DNA of 64,000 bases, taken from the NCBI RefSeq assembly GCF_018977255.1, contig NW_024704743.1:83020001-83084000 (forward strand). Direction: 5' to 3'. Below the pieces are notes generated by a model, which saw only the letters and a list, made by a program, of their open reading frames with translations, had not been told where the DNA came from and made no database searches. The DNA comes from Callorhinchus milii. Taxonomy: Eukaryota. A program made the translations under genes and the position numbers. Of this stretch, positions 25,001 to 38,664 are shown one piece after another; position 1 is the first letter of the stretch; every line of letters begins with the position of its first letter.

Positions 25001-27349
25001 CAGACTAGGTTCAAACTCTATAGAAATGTTGCATTTCTAGAAAGAAATGCTTGAAATAGCAAAGAAACCTTGAAGGGGGATTCATTTCGTATGTGCTGAA
25101 GAACAGAAATGTTCAAATTCCAAGATTTAGAGATTTGGCACCACAAAAGACAAAACCATGGTTCTTTCAATTTCACAGCCGTGTGTACACAGTACACTGT
25201 ACAAGACACTATTGGTTAAAGTGAGCATATCTTATTCAATTCATTAAGGTAGCTGATTGTTCAGATCTGTGCTGACAATAGGAAATGCTATTCTAAATTC
25301 AATCCCAAAGATTGCCTACACTTAGTGAAGGGAGAAGAATAACCACAAACAACAAAATGACATTTATATAGTGCCTTTCATGTGGGGAGGACGTCCCAAG
25401 GATGTTTATTCTGTATATAAACAAATATCCTGCTCAACAGGATCCTCAACACAATACTATTCATATCAGACACATGCTTCAGTGTGGTATCATTTGGTAA
25501 GTCAATTTTAAATGCTATTTCGTAGTCAAATTTTGGACTGGCTGATTGGCCCTTTTTTCTTCCATAGATTGAAGTCTCGTGAAGTGGGCTGTTATTCGGC
25601 GCTGATTGTCATGGTTACATTCAGCGCACGATGACGTTCACTGCCAAAACACAGCTATTTACTTTTTTCTCACGACGGATGGGAAAGTAGTTCTGGTTGG
25701 GTTGCTTTCTTGAATGTGTGGAATAAATCTTATATGCCACATACATGATGTAACAGCCATTTGTCACACAGACCTCGACTGTATAAATGATCATAACAAA
25801 TATGTGTTTTGTGCAAAATTTGTGTTTAAACAGACAGACATTTAAAAGTGACTACTGTATTGCATGGCACATGGATACAGATGAAGTGAAATAAATGGGG
25901 TGCATTAAGGCTAGTACTAACCAGAGTATGAAAAATACTCATTCAATTCAGAAATGCATTAAAATTTGCATGGCGAATGTTTGGTATCAATTATAATTCA
26001 CCGGAAATCTTTGTGAGGAAAATTAATTTTCCAACATGGCTTTCAGTATAACTGACATAATTTCATAATGATTTAGCAAACACTATGTCTCCGTTGCCAT
26101 TTTCCTCCAAGTCAGCTCTTTACAGGTGTGAAAATGTTACTAGTGTTGCTTCTCTTTAAAGTGGCTTAGGTTTCCAGCTATTTGAACTTAGGGGTGGTGC
26201 AGTATGCCAGAACTTGCTGGAGGGGGAATTGGGTGGGGGAAGCTCGAGTGAGTATAAACAAAACACTGGCCCGGACATGTTGGGCCGATGACGTGTATCT
26301 GTACTGTATCATTCTATGCAGCTTCCTGGCCCACATCAGTACAGAGGAGAATTGCAGCTCAGATCCTCCACATTGGGTGCTGTAGGAGGGAGTAATTGCT
26401 CACCAGGGGGAGAGGGGGAACAGAAAATCAGCAACAGACTTGGAGGTTGGGGGTGGGGGGGGGGTGGTGGCGGTCTAAACATAGTGATCTTTATTGCTAA
26501 GTTTTTCTGATGTGATTTCCTGCTATAAAAATGTTGTGGAAAAGCTCGTTATTTTTAGCGATCACTGTACATTAAACCAGACCAGTGGTAACATTGAAGG
26601 ACTGGAAAATCACCTGCCTACATGCCCACTGGTGGTACAGAGCCCAGGGAAATGGAGAAGAGAGTTGAAGGCTTGAGCCCTTGTCAGAGCAATTGTTCTT
26701 TCATTGTGTGAAATCTATGCACATCTCTTATGCTATTAAGTGTAATTTACTTTCCACAAATATTTGTACTGCAGCCCATGGCTATAGAAAAGATAACAGG
26801 AGAGATGATAAGGGATTCCTTTATGTTCACATGTAGATATTGTTTTATTTACAGCCAAAATGGTAGAAAGTTAAACCTTTTCAATAATCATTTTGAGTTC
26901 ATTGAGGGCCAGGGAAAAAGTTTCATCTTGAAAAGAAGGGCGGCTGGTTTGTATCCCAATGCGTGCCGAGGGAGCTGATCTCACTGAAGCTGCAGTTGAG
27001 ACACTGAAATTGGCCTCAGTTTCCTGGAGTAAGAAAGACAAAGGGTCCTTTCCCTGAATGCTGGTCAGGACCCTCCTGATAAACTATGTATGTAGATCTG
27101 CTTGGACTGAATCAGACTGAGCTGTGATGACCTCTTTACTTGAGTAATCTACCAACACTCACTATTAAGTCCCACACATAAATAATAACCATTATTATGA
27201 GGCATTGGAGGACAACTGGGAATTGACAGAAAAAATGTAAACTAAAGAGCTGTTGAATTAAACACCTCCTGATTAACTGGTATTGGTGCTATTCTTTTTT
27301 GATCTCAAATACAGCTCTTGGTTTAACTTATTAACTGTAAGGATATTAA

Positions 27350-27456
27350 TATATAATCCTTGCATTTGATATAGCATCTTATCACGTCCTCGAGAAGTCT
27401 CAAAGTGCTTCACAGAATATACTGTAAAGTGAATTGTTTTTTGTGTTTTTGTGGGG
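27350..27456 (-). mobile_element. 5'-truncated SINE (tail portion)
   Basis: ataatccttgcatttgatatagc...aagtgcttcacagaatatactgtaaagtgaattg. Confidence 0.8.
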
Positions 27457-28249
27457 GTTCATAATATGCATATGTACATTTTACATTATAAAATATTTTG
27501 TGCTTTCTAACTTTGCATACCTTTTAAAGGAATGAAACAGCCTCTTCCTCCTTTCCTACTTCTCTCCCCCCATAGTAGAAACACACACATGCACAATATT
27601 CAGTGTGCACATCTCTGCATAGTGTATGTTAAATATTGTGCACACACAAATATTTTTACTAATTGCATCCATTACTGTGTGGATATGAGAGCACTCTACA
27701 ACGTATGGGATCACTTCTTGAGATATGGTGTGAATTGGGTGTTAGATGACAAACTTCAGACAGTCATTTAAAAAACTGAATAATGCAAAATAGGCAGACA
27801 GCTTACTAAGTTGCAAAGTGTACATTTTTTAAATGCAGATACAGACTAGAGAATTCTCTTTAAATATATATGAGCATCTGCCACTATTTGGCTAACAGCA
27901 GCTGTTAGTACTGTATTCGAAATGTGTAGTTGATAATTAAAATCTTACAGTTAATGTTTACCCTATGTTTGGGTTCTGTTCATTTACTGTATAGAGTCTA
28001 AAGTACTGTATTGCCCCAATTTAAAGATCTTTATTCTAAATGCTGGTATCATTAATTGCAAAAATATCAGTACTTTAATACAGTCTATTATATTATAATA
28101 AGCATGTTGTAGTGCAATTTACATTTATACAGGGCCTTTCACTTGAGGAGAATGTTTCAAGTACTTTACACAGCTGGCTTGGTACCCAAGACTGGTGGGG
28201 GAGGCATATGTAAAGGATGGCGGGGGGCAGTGTTATGTTATGGATGCAT

Positions 28250-28560
28250 TATTCAAGCCCCAAGTCGAGGACCTTAAATTCATAATCTAGGCTGCTGTGT
28301 CAATACAGTGCAGGCTAAATGTTGCATTGTCAAAGGTGCTATTCTTTGGATGAGATATTAAACTGTGGTCCTGGCACGTTAAAAATCCCAATTTGAAAAA
28401 CGAAGGGACGGTGTCCTGGTTAACAATCCCCCAGGTAAAAAAAAGTCATTCATTTCACTGACTGTTTGTGGGGCATTGTTGTGTGCGTTCTCGTTCAAGT
28501 GTAGTCATCACACGACAGAGAACTGTGGGACGCGCTTTGGCATGATAGGCCACTGTATCA
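28250..28560 (+). mobile_element. Old Deu-type SINE
   Basis: ttcaagccc...ataatctaggctg...ggtgctattctttggatgagatattaaac...ctgtttgtggggcattgttgtgtgc is the Deu-domain layout shared with the 33625 and 45020 copies. Confidence 0.6.
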
Positions 28561-29789
28561 AACACTGGTATATATTAACGCTATATTGTAGTGAATGTTC
28601 TTGTATTTTGTTCTGGTGGAGGAGGGAACTAACAATACATTAAGCACCAGTCACTAAATATATCAGTAGCCTCCATTGCATGCTGCACTGCAACTGCGAA
28701 AAGAGTAAAAACAATTTGAGGGTAGAGGGAAGCCTGGCATTAGTTCAGGCTTCAGTGACTGATGCTGACCATAATCTGCTCAGTCTTTACTCTCAGGGGT
28801 TATGATGTCACTAGAGCCGCTCCATTAAATTATGACTCAGGAGGGAACGCCTTGCCGGACATTATATATTTAATGTTTTAAATAATGTTCGTGTAGAGGT
28901 GCACTAGGGTAAGTGCAAATATGGTACCACAGCCGTCACATCCTGTATATTTTCACTACTATTGGCATTGTGCTAACACATGTGTATTAAATTCTTGATG
29001 GCTTGTGACGATCGTCTACCCAATAATACTATAGTGTAAGCAATGAAGAATATGGCTATGGATTTTTTGGGGGACAGCCGGGTGTCTGCCCCATCACCAT
29101 GCTTAAGAGTATCCAAAGAAAACTGAGAGTTCCATACATCCCACCTACACATGGAAATTCCAGAGATGTTTATTGGAATAAAATGTGCACTTTCTCCCTG
29201 GAAGGACGCCTCCTGCTTACCTAATTCCGAAACATATCAGGTGTAGGTTGGCAAGAGCCAAGGTTTGGGGACCCCAGCATGTGCTGTTGTCTAACCATCT
29301 AAAACTAACTAACCATCTAAACCATCTAAATGTCAGCTTGCCATTCAAAACATAGTCTAGCAACCTTTCCCGATGCTTATCCAGCTCGGATGACCCTACC
29401 CGTCAAGTTTTTGGCTTGCACGGTTAACATGAGCTGAATGGGAAGAGTCCCTGCCCCCAGTGACTGGTCTGCCCTTCAATTCCTGCTGATCAGCTTGCCT
29501 GGCTGTGCTGCTATTAGCAGTGCCCTGGAATACTGCGGACCCGCCTGGCTCAGGAATTGGACTACCACAGAGGATGGTCTTGATTCCAACATTCTGTTCT
29601 CAAACATGCCAGTTCAACTCTAAGAATTCCAAGGAGACCCTTCCCACCCCCACCCGTTCAAGAGGTGGCTATGTTGGCTACGGGGGGAATTCTGCATAGG
29701 TTTATGGGAATGATACCAACAACAACAACAAATTACATCTCAGAAAGACGTCCCAGGTCACTGGACAGTCAGGGGTCAGAGGGTGGGGT

Positions 29790-30180
29790 AAGCTAAGCAA
29801 TGGTGAAAAGCTGGATATGTTCAGGATGCTGTGGAGATGACAAGGCTGAGGGGTGATGTATTTAGGATTATGAACCAGCTTGACAAAATAAACAGGGATT
29901 AGATTTTTTTCCATTAGTTGCAAGAGCTGAAATTAGGCTAAATGGGTAAGGACCAAGGCAAGAAAGAACTTCTTACAGAGAATATTAAGAATGTGGAAAA
30001 GACACTGCCCCAAAAAATGAGAAATCAGTTGAGATTATCTAAGAGAGAGATGGATATATAATTAGGGAGTAAAAATCAAAAGGATATGACGGGAAGGCTG
30101 TTTGTTGTATGTGGACCTTGGAATGGTCTGTGGTGGGGCAGGCTTGATGAGCCAAATGACATTCTCTTCTTAAGTTCCTA
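29790..30180 (+). mobile_element. Old CR1 LINE 3' fragment
   Basis: Degenerate match to the end of the CR1 at 55150-55580 (ctggatatgttc...aggctgaggggtgat...gatgagccaaatg). Confidence 0.55.
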
Positions 30181-30449
30181 TATTTCGATATCATCAATCA
30201 ATCATACTATATTTGGGGATAATAATGCAATGATAACCCATCAAATTGGTAATGAAACCCTGTATTTTTAGCCCTTTTTTCTGTTTGGTATACAGTTGCA
30301 CATCATTTACACTGGTTCTTATGTGAATGCACTCCTGTTAAGATGATAAAGGAAAAATAGCACTTGCTAATACAATTATAGACATATTTGCATGATCAAA
30401 ATGTTTGTGTTTTGGGTCATTTGAAGAAAATACAATTTGGGATAAGTCA

Positions 30450-30645
30450 AAGAATCAGCACAAAAAAAGGCCATTCGGCCCATTGTATCTGTGCCGGCTC
30501 TTTTAAAAAGCGATCCCTCTGTCCCATTTACTTGCCTTTTCTCCATCGTCTTGTAGTTTACTTCTTTTTAGACATCTATCAAGTTCCCTTTTGAAAGTTA
30601 TTATGGATTCTGCCTCAATCGCTGATTCTGACAGGGCTTTCCATT
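30450..30645 (-). mobile_element. CR1 LINE 3' end fragment
   Basis: ggccattcggccc hairpin; translation EAESIITFKRELDRCLK is typical of the CR1 ORF2 end. Confidence 0.75.
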
Positions 30646-30929
30646 TGTTGTGTTGTTCATTTGTGTTCCCTTTTAGAATATTAATCACCTTTTGTTGTGT
30701 TGCTGGTTGTTCTGGAAGATATGATCTAATTTGTAATTGTTCTGTGAAGAGAAATTTCAAAGATAAAAATTTGTTTTGACATCCTGAATCCTATTTACAT
30801 TACAGGTGAAAACATTTGTTTTGAATTTACATATTTTTCAACTTAAACAATGTGAAACAATTGCAAAACTGGGTAATGATAGGTTTCCCTTTATATATTT
30901 ATTTTGTGTTCATACCTTTCCCCCGCCAT

Positions 30930-31262
30930 ACTCCACATGCCTCTGTTTATTTATCAGTAAGTAGAAACCCTGTCGTTATTCGAATGGCAGATCGCTTTCC
31001 AGGGGTAATAATCCCTCAAAAAAAATTGGGTCACTCAATCCATGACTATTTGTGGGACACTGCTGTGCACAATTGGCTGCCACGTTTCAACCACAAAATA
31101 AGCAGTTAATTCATTTTCAATATATTTTGTGAAGCTCTTTGAGACATCTTAATGACATGATAACAACAACATCAACAACTTGCATTTATATAGTGCTCCT
31201 CACGCAGGGTAGCAGCCCAGAGCACTTGGGACTATATCAAATGCAAGGATTATTATATTATA
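30930..31262 (+). mobile_element. Headless long-body SINE with a short antisense tail fragment nested in its tail (about 31161-31230)
   Basis: The SINE tail gacatgataa...ctatatcaaatgcaaggattatt is interrupted by caacaacatcaacaacttgcatttatatagtgc... . Confidence 0.8.
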
Positions 31263-31949
31263 GCATTCATCAAACTGAGGTATCGAAGCCTCAGATGGAC
31301 AGTCTATTGCTTGGAAATGTGTCTGAAATACAAAATAAATGTACATTTGGCCTATCCATCCTGCTCCACTATTTTCTGATTTCATGGCAGATCTGTAACC
31401 CAATACTATTTACTTGCCTTTTCTCCCTATTTTCTGAAACCCTTACAAGCCAAGTATTTATCTACTTCCTTCTTAAACATTCCCCACCGACATCCCATTG
31501 AGGAAGTGAATTCCAGAATGCCTCAAGTAAAGAAATGCCTTCTTATTTCACTACTAACAGGTCTATCTTCAATCTTCTGATTATTAACACAGGGAATCCT
31601 GAAAAAAAATGCACATTCTACCCCTTGATTTCCATCTAGGGCTGTGATCTTCCACTGCGAGCAGGATAATAAAATTAAACTCTATCTTTATATCTGCTGA
31701 TTAAAGGACATGGTATATGAATTTAAAATGAGCAGTTATTTAATCAATGATCTATAAAATGTGCAATATTTGTTTAAATGGAATGTTTGCTTTGCATTAA
31801 AGCTCTTATTAAGGCACCGCAAGAGCAAAATGCATTTTCAATAATTCTTCTTTGATATTAAATACAAAGTTAAAATTTTACTGAGTTTTTTTTAATCTGA
31901 AGTGGTGGACAAATAAAACAAATACCAAGTAAACAAATCATGAAAAAGC

Positions 31950-32190
31950 ACTAACAACAATAACCTGCGTTAATATAGCGGAGTTTGGCTTTGGGTGGGG
32001 ATGTGGGAAGTGAAGTTTTGAATAAGCTGGAGCTTGTGGATGGTGGAACCGGCGAGGAGTGTGTTAGAGAAGTTGAGCCGGGTGGTAACAAAGGTATGAA
32101 TGAGTGGCTCGGCAGTGTTTTGTGTGAGATACGGTTAGAGGCAGGCAATGTGGTGAAGGTGAAATAAAGCAATCTTGATCAGGGACTGAA
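31950..32190 (-). mobile_element. L2 LINE 3' fragment
   Basis: (CAA)n-led tail; G-rich + strand like the other antisense L2 pieces. Confidence 0.5.
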
Positions 32191-32956
32191 TGTGAAGAAA
32201 GAAAAATGCTGACACTGCATTGTACAGAGGTCTCAATGGTCACAGGATTCAAACACATCAATCCGCCTGAAGTCTCAAAACATTGTATACTGTAGAATAT
32301 AATTTATCTATAATACAACCTTTTTTTAACATGGCGTTATTTTCTTTCATGTGAAATGAACACCATTGTCATTTAAAAAAGAAGAGTTTTCTCAGGTAAA
32401 GTGAGGGTTATTGTATCAGTACTTTCTTTTGACATTGCAACCACTGATTTGGACCTCAGTTTATTTCAGTATTGATTTACACTCTCCAAAAGATCACATG
32501 CCAAGGCTTTCCATGTTCCTTTTAGAGCCTGTTTCTCTCAGTTTCATCTGCAGCTGTCACTATTGTTGTAAAATTGCATCGTCAAAATGAGGGTTTTGTA
32601 AAAAGTGTCTCATTTTCTGCAAGGCATCTCATTTCTGTCATTCTAGCTGTTGATGGAGTTGCTGTATAAAGCAAGTAACAAGTTAATAACAAGTGTCATA
32701 TTAAAGCCTTTGATTATATTAATGTTCCTCCGACTGACCCATTGGAGCAGTGGGATTTCAGCTTTCTGCTGTAATTCCGGACTTTATAAGGGAGACTGTT
32801 TCATCCAGGTCCAAACAACTGCTGAATAAACATTAACTTTGGTATTACACATTATTCTGGTGAAATTGTAAGAAAAAGGACAAGTTTTCATGGAATGCTA
32901 CAAGCACAGAAATAAGTTATTTGGACCATCAAGTCTGCATTGGCATTTTTCTCCAC

Positions 32957-33000
<44 letters not shown>

Positions 33001-33230
33001 TCTACCATATGATATAGCCCCTTACCATATCAGTGCGATGTCTCAAAGCGCTTCACAGAATATATTTTAAAGTGAATTGACTGAATATTTTATGGGCGAA
33101 ACATAATAATAATCCTATAATAATAATAATCCTTGCATTTGATACAGCTTTTCATCACGTTGTTGAGACATCTCAAAGTGCTTCACAGAATATATTGTAA
33201 AGTGAATTGACTATATTTTGTGGAACATAA
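32957..33230 (-). repeat. (AAT)n microsatellite grown from a SINE tail, with two tandem SINE tail fragments
   Basis: About 14 AAT units at 32958-33000. tctcaaagcgcttcacagaatatatt..aagtgaattgact occurs twice (about 33041 and 33171). Confidence 0.85.
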
Positions 33231-33624
33231 GCCAAATCTAATGCCGTTCTTCTATTTGGTCTTCCATACCCTTCAATGTTCCTCTTTGTCAACATTCGTA
33301 TCCATTTAGGACGTCCTCCCGACATGAAAGGCGCTATACAAATGTAATTTTGTTGTTGTTGTTGTTCTTCTCTTATAAAACTTTAGGGTTGAATGTTGAT
33401 AGAAATTAAGAAAAACTTACATTGTGATTGAATGTTCACTTTCAGTTTTGCAATGTAAATTAATCTGAACTTAGGCTCTCGGTTACTGTGCAAGATAACT
33501 GAGAGTAACTGGCAATATATACTTAAAAGACAGAATTCAGAGGTTCTGAAGGACCAGATCTCAGATTTCTCTATTCCACTTCAAAATAAAATGAATTTAA
33601 TTCTGGTTCATGGTTTTGCATTCT

Positions 33625-33992
33625 TGCCTCTAAGTCAGAAGGTTGAGGGTTCAAGTCCCACATCAGCACTTTGAATTTCCATAGACTAGCTGACACTCCA
33701 TGCAATGCTGGGGGAGCAATCCATTATTGGAGGTGCTGTTCATCAGATGAAACATTAAACCTCCTTTCTAGTGGACTGTAAAGCACCCATTGCACTACTC
33801 AAAAAAACATCAGTCTCTCTTGATATCTTGGTCAATGCCCCAGATAAATGTAGTCATTCACTTCCTGATGTATACAAATTGGCTGTACAAATACTGTACA
33901 TAGTCACTCCATTTAACATTAAATCCTGTGAAGCATTCTGAGATGACTCCATGACGTGAATACCGCTATATAAATGTAAATTGTATTGTTTT
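33625..33992 (+). mobile_element. Old DeuSINE (SacSINE1-like)
   Basis: cttgcctctaagtcagaaggttgagggttcaagtccc head, ctgacactcc...ggaggtgctg...cagatgaaacattaaacc Deu core, and L2 tail. Confidence 0.7.
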
Positions 33993-35160
33993 GTATTTCC
34001 ACGGATCAACAAGAATTCTAATGGGATTCCTTATTAAAGAATCGCATTAAAAGATACCTCAAATTAGACTCAGTGTGTGGTGAACGACATCACCACAGAC
34101 TCTGCTGTGTAAAACCCATTTTCATCTCAATGATTTAATTCCCATTTAACCAAAGAAATGTTTTAAAAAATGGACAAATAATAGGCATGTGCTTTGATTT
34201 ATGCTGTAACAAACCTCACGGATTGACTGTACAAGTAAATGTTAACTAAGCATTGTGCAAATTATTCTTGTATCTCTGAACTCAATATTGTGTACCATGC
34301 ACTTAACCTTGTGATATTCTCCCACACCGTATTGCCCCTCAGTATGGCAAGGACGATTGGGTTGGTTCCCTGCTTGCTTCCATCCTTCACTTTATCGTAT
34401 TATCTTGCTCGCACCTTCACTCTTATTTAAAATCAGAAACACTCCAGTTTTATTAAAAGAATCATTTCTCCCAGTTCTGCCTGGTGTCATGGGGCTATTT
34501 TTCTGCCCACTCCTCTCTCACGCACTCTGTGCAGCGTGTTGTACAGTTCAATGTCAGCCTTGTTGGCCACATGGCTGAGCTGCAGGCTGATTATTTAGTT
34601 TTTGTTACAAAAGGTAACAAGGAAATGAGTTGGTAGACAGGTATACACATGGCAGAGAAAAAAAGTGGGGATCTATTTTTTTTCGAAATTTAAAAAAAAT
34701 TGAAATTATTTTGCCCACAGAAAACAGTTACTACACTTTACAATATATCCTCTGAAGCGCTTTGAGACATCTCAATGATGTGATAAAGCATTATATCAAT
34801 TGCCAGGATTATTATTTTTTAGGAAATACTAATGCATAATTAAATAAAAGGAGAATGTGAAATTTAATGATTCAGGGAATATCTACTGCTGGATAAATTG
34901 ATAGGCATAAAGAATAACATTCCTGCTCCCAGAGATCACATCGGGTAATCACAGTTTAATTCTTTTGATGCATTTCCCTTATTTATTTTGGTCCTTTCTC
35001 TTTAGATTGCCTCAGATTTGGTCCTTAACCAAGCGGTCTGCTCCAACCCTCCTTCCATTTCCACTCTGAAACCTGGCATTAACAGGGGAATGTTACGTCC
35101 ACTTCTTTTAAGTTGTAATGGTTACATTTTTATCCTTTCCCAACCTCTAGGATATAGCTT

Positions 35161-35526
35161 GGAATATAACTCAGGACACAAAAAAAAGACTAAAGTCTGA
35201 AAATCTGACCTTTGTTTCCATGTATTGTTGATCAGTCTGGGATTGATCAGCCATTTCCCATTAAAAGTCACAGGAATCATTGAAAGTATTAAATGAATTT
35301 TATCCTTCCCAAACTCCTGGGCTCCTTTGCTGCCTCTTCTTGGCCAGCCCACCACTGTAAAGAACTTGTCAAAATGTCTTCATTTCTTAATACTTTCAAT
35401 GATTCCTGTGACTTTCAATGGGAATTGGACGACCAATTCCAGACTGATCAACAGTATATGGAAAAGGTTAACAAAGGTCAGATTTTCAGACTTTATCGTC
35501 TTTTTTTATGTTCTGAGTTATATTCC
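35161..35526. mobile_element. MITE/foldback element with inverted arms of about 135-145 bp
   Basis: Left arm 35161-35298 (ggaatataactcagg...gtcacaggaatcattgaaagtattaa) is the imperfect reverse complement of right arm 35379-35526. Confidence 0.75.
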
Positions 35527-36959
35527 GTCTTTTTATTAAATCAAACTCTGTATAATAATTTTTACAGTCTGTAATTTTTGGAGACTGCAGCACTCTCATT
35601 TATATTCCACAACCTGCGAAGGACACTTAGGACTCTGAGGGTTAATGTCACAGGAGAGATTTTGCTGCGACTCAGCATTCCACGGACAATGTGAAAACTA
35701 GCAGAAGGAATCAGGCCACAAGTTTTACATTAACACTTAGGATGTTTCTAACCACAATAAAATGTTGCTGAATGAGACCAGTTGCATCAGCACAAATTTT
35801 ATCTGCTCGGTGATGCATGAAATATGGAGCCCATTGTGGCATTATAAATGACCCTTAACCTCTAGCACAGATGCAGGGTGACCTTTTGTCTACCATCAGT
35901 TTTCTTTCTTCAGCAAACTCCATGAATTTTTATTGCAAGTTTCTTGCATCCAGGCTAAGCTTTCAACAAATTGCCTGACACAGATGAGATGAAGTTGTTG
36001 AAGTAGCCTCGATGTTTTCTACTGGTGACTCCTGAACGCCACAGACCTGATGTCCTACAATGTCATACACCAGTAACCACTAAGTCTGGTATTTGATAAA
36101 TACATCATTTTCTGGAACATTGATTGTTCTATAAACCCAACTGAGTATTAAGCTCTATGATCAAACCATTTAGATTGTATGCAGCGCGCAGAAAATACCA
36201 TATTCAGGATGGTACTAAAAGTGCCATTTGTGTTTTTTATTACTGTCATTACAGTGAAACTTCCTTCTGTAGGTTGGGTTTACTGTTGTAAAAGGGGACA
36301 TAAAAGGTTTGAAATGTGTAATTGGTATTTGTTCTAAATTTTTTTCAAAAGCAATCCTCTGGACAGATGGGCATGTAGTACAATTTGTGGTTGTTGATTT
36401 CTGAAACTGAAGTCTAGAACTGTCCTTCATATTTTTATATGTTTATATATAAATGATCTTGTGCACTATTTACCACCTTTGTGAAGGGACAAATTCCTAT
36501 TTGCATCTTTGAATCCTTAATATGAACTTCCATTTTAAATTGTTAGGTTTTTCAACCCCCTGGCTATAGCGAGTGCTTTGAGTGGTGTTGATTGTATTAG
36601 AATAATACAGGGCAACCCTAGATCCTCAGGCCCTGTGTTATAAAACGGAATGTTAAAATGGACGACTTCCAGATTCATCAGGTCACCGCTGTTGTCGCTT
36701 CCTAAGCGTGAGCCCCAGGCACAAGAAGCCTATCTGACTTCACTTCCTGTGCATACTGTGCATTTGCAATGTGCAGGAACTGAAGTCATCGATGACCTGA
36801 TGATCCGAAAGTTAGACATTTTTCACGTTAGTGGCATGGCGAGATTTTGATTTTCAGGTATGTGTGCTGAGGGCACCCACATTATAGAGAGATGTATTAG
36901 AATGCGGTAATCACATTGTGGGACATTCTGTTTCTCGGGCTATGCCAGAAACAATTTAT

Positions 36960-37145
36960 AATAATAATAATCCTTGAATTTGATATAGTGCCTTATCAGG
37001 TCTTCGAGAAGTCTCAAAGCGCTTCACAGAATATACCATGAAGTGAATTGACTGTAAATTTTGTGGGCAAAACATGCCGCCAATTGCGCACAACAGTGTC
37101 CCACAAACAGTCGTGGATTGAGTGACTAAATTTTTTTTATTGTTA
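36960..37145 (-). mobile_element. 5'-truncated SINE
   Basis: Reverse complement of the tail and Deu-like segment (caattgcgcacaacagtgtcccacaaacagtcgtggattgag). Confidence 0.85.
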
Positions 37146-37483
37146 TTTATATTATTAACATGGAGGTAACATTGCTTGAGGCAAGGGGTTTCAATGCTGA
37201 AACATTTTGTTTTTTGCCAGCTGGGTGTGATGGCACATGCAGAAATCCATCACCATGCTTATAGAGTACCCAAACTGAGTGTTCCATATACATATACCAC
37301 CTACACATGGCCATTTCCCCCGTGTCTGGAATGGAATGTGCACTGTCTTTGTGTGTACCTAATCTGTAAAGTATTAGGCGCAGGTTGGTGAGAACCAAGA
37401 GATGATAGTTAAACATCAATCCCTTATTTGTTTGCCCCATATTATTTTATAAATATCAAATTCACGGATCCTTGTGTGTTATA

Positions 37484-37590
37484 TAATAATAATAATCCTT
37501 GCATTTGATATAGCGCTTTTCACATCTTCTCGACGTCTCAAAACGCTTCAGGAATAGACTGTAAAGTGAATTGACTGTATTTTTGTGGAC
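37484..37590 (-). mobile_element. 5'-truncated SINE tail
   Basis: aataataatccttgcatttgatatagcgcttttcac... . Confidence 0.8.
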
Positions 37591-38664
37591 GGATAGCCAG
37601 AGTAGATGTAAATAGTCTTCTTTTGGCCTCTTCACGTCATTGTGTGCAGACTGTGAATCAGTTCCCAAGACTGGATCCCAGAATCCATTAGCGAGCCATC
37701 GATCATAAATGGTTGCTGGAATGGTGCGTGAGTGGTTGCCAATTTGCAACCCTGTTCCTGAATAACACACAGTGCCTTATTGTGTTTCCACGCCAGATTC
37801 AGATACTGCTCCAGTGGAACATTTGCTACCCAAAGAATCAATCTAGGTCACATTATAGTGTGTAATTCTACTTTATCACAGGCCAAAAAACTCCTTTGAA
37901 TTGCAGTTACAGTGCAGAGTTACATTAGTTGTAATGGCACTTGAACTTTTGCATAGCTCAACATTAATTCATTTAGGCTGAAATGAAAGAATCTTCAGTG
38001 GGTGAATCTTTACAATCTGATTGAGGTCGTTACGTTTTATAGGAGCCATTTTTCAAAGTGGTACTGACAGCACTCGAAGTTATTAAATTGCTGAATCAAA
38101 AGATGGACCTGCAATCACATTTATGAACTGAGATGAAAAAGCTAGAGTCACAAGCAGTGCGAAGGTTAAGATTCTGATGCAGTTAAGCTTCATCACCCCG
38201 GTAGTGACAGCAGTATTTACCCGAGCATCTTGCTTTAATGGTCAGGGAAGTGGCTTAACCCACCTCTGGATTCAAAATAGATTAAGTCAGCAGTTTGGGT
38301 GGCATAATTATCAGCAATGAAAGGGATTCACCAGATATTTCCACACCCCAGGGACTTTATATTAAATCATGCAGTACTGAATGGAGATGTACAGACGCTA
38401 AGAACCAATATTGAGCATGCAGATATAGAGTATGTGAGAATTTTAACTAGCCTATTACTTTGGGAACTTGTGCAGAATATATAAGATTTAGAGGCATATT
38501 TATACACTGTAAAAAGACTCATCTCTTCTTAACTTTTAGAGTACAAATGATAAGGAATTCAAAAAAAAACAGTTTCGGAGCCCCATCACAGACACGATGG
38601 ATCGACTGGCCTCCTGTGATATAAATTTAACTGGTTCTAAAACTTTCCTTTGTAATTTGTCTTG

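Noticed and set aside
26446..26473. G-run with quadruplex potential
   Set aside because: Short isolated homopolymer-like tract, common in this kind of genome.
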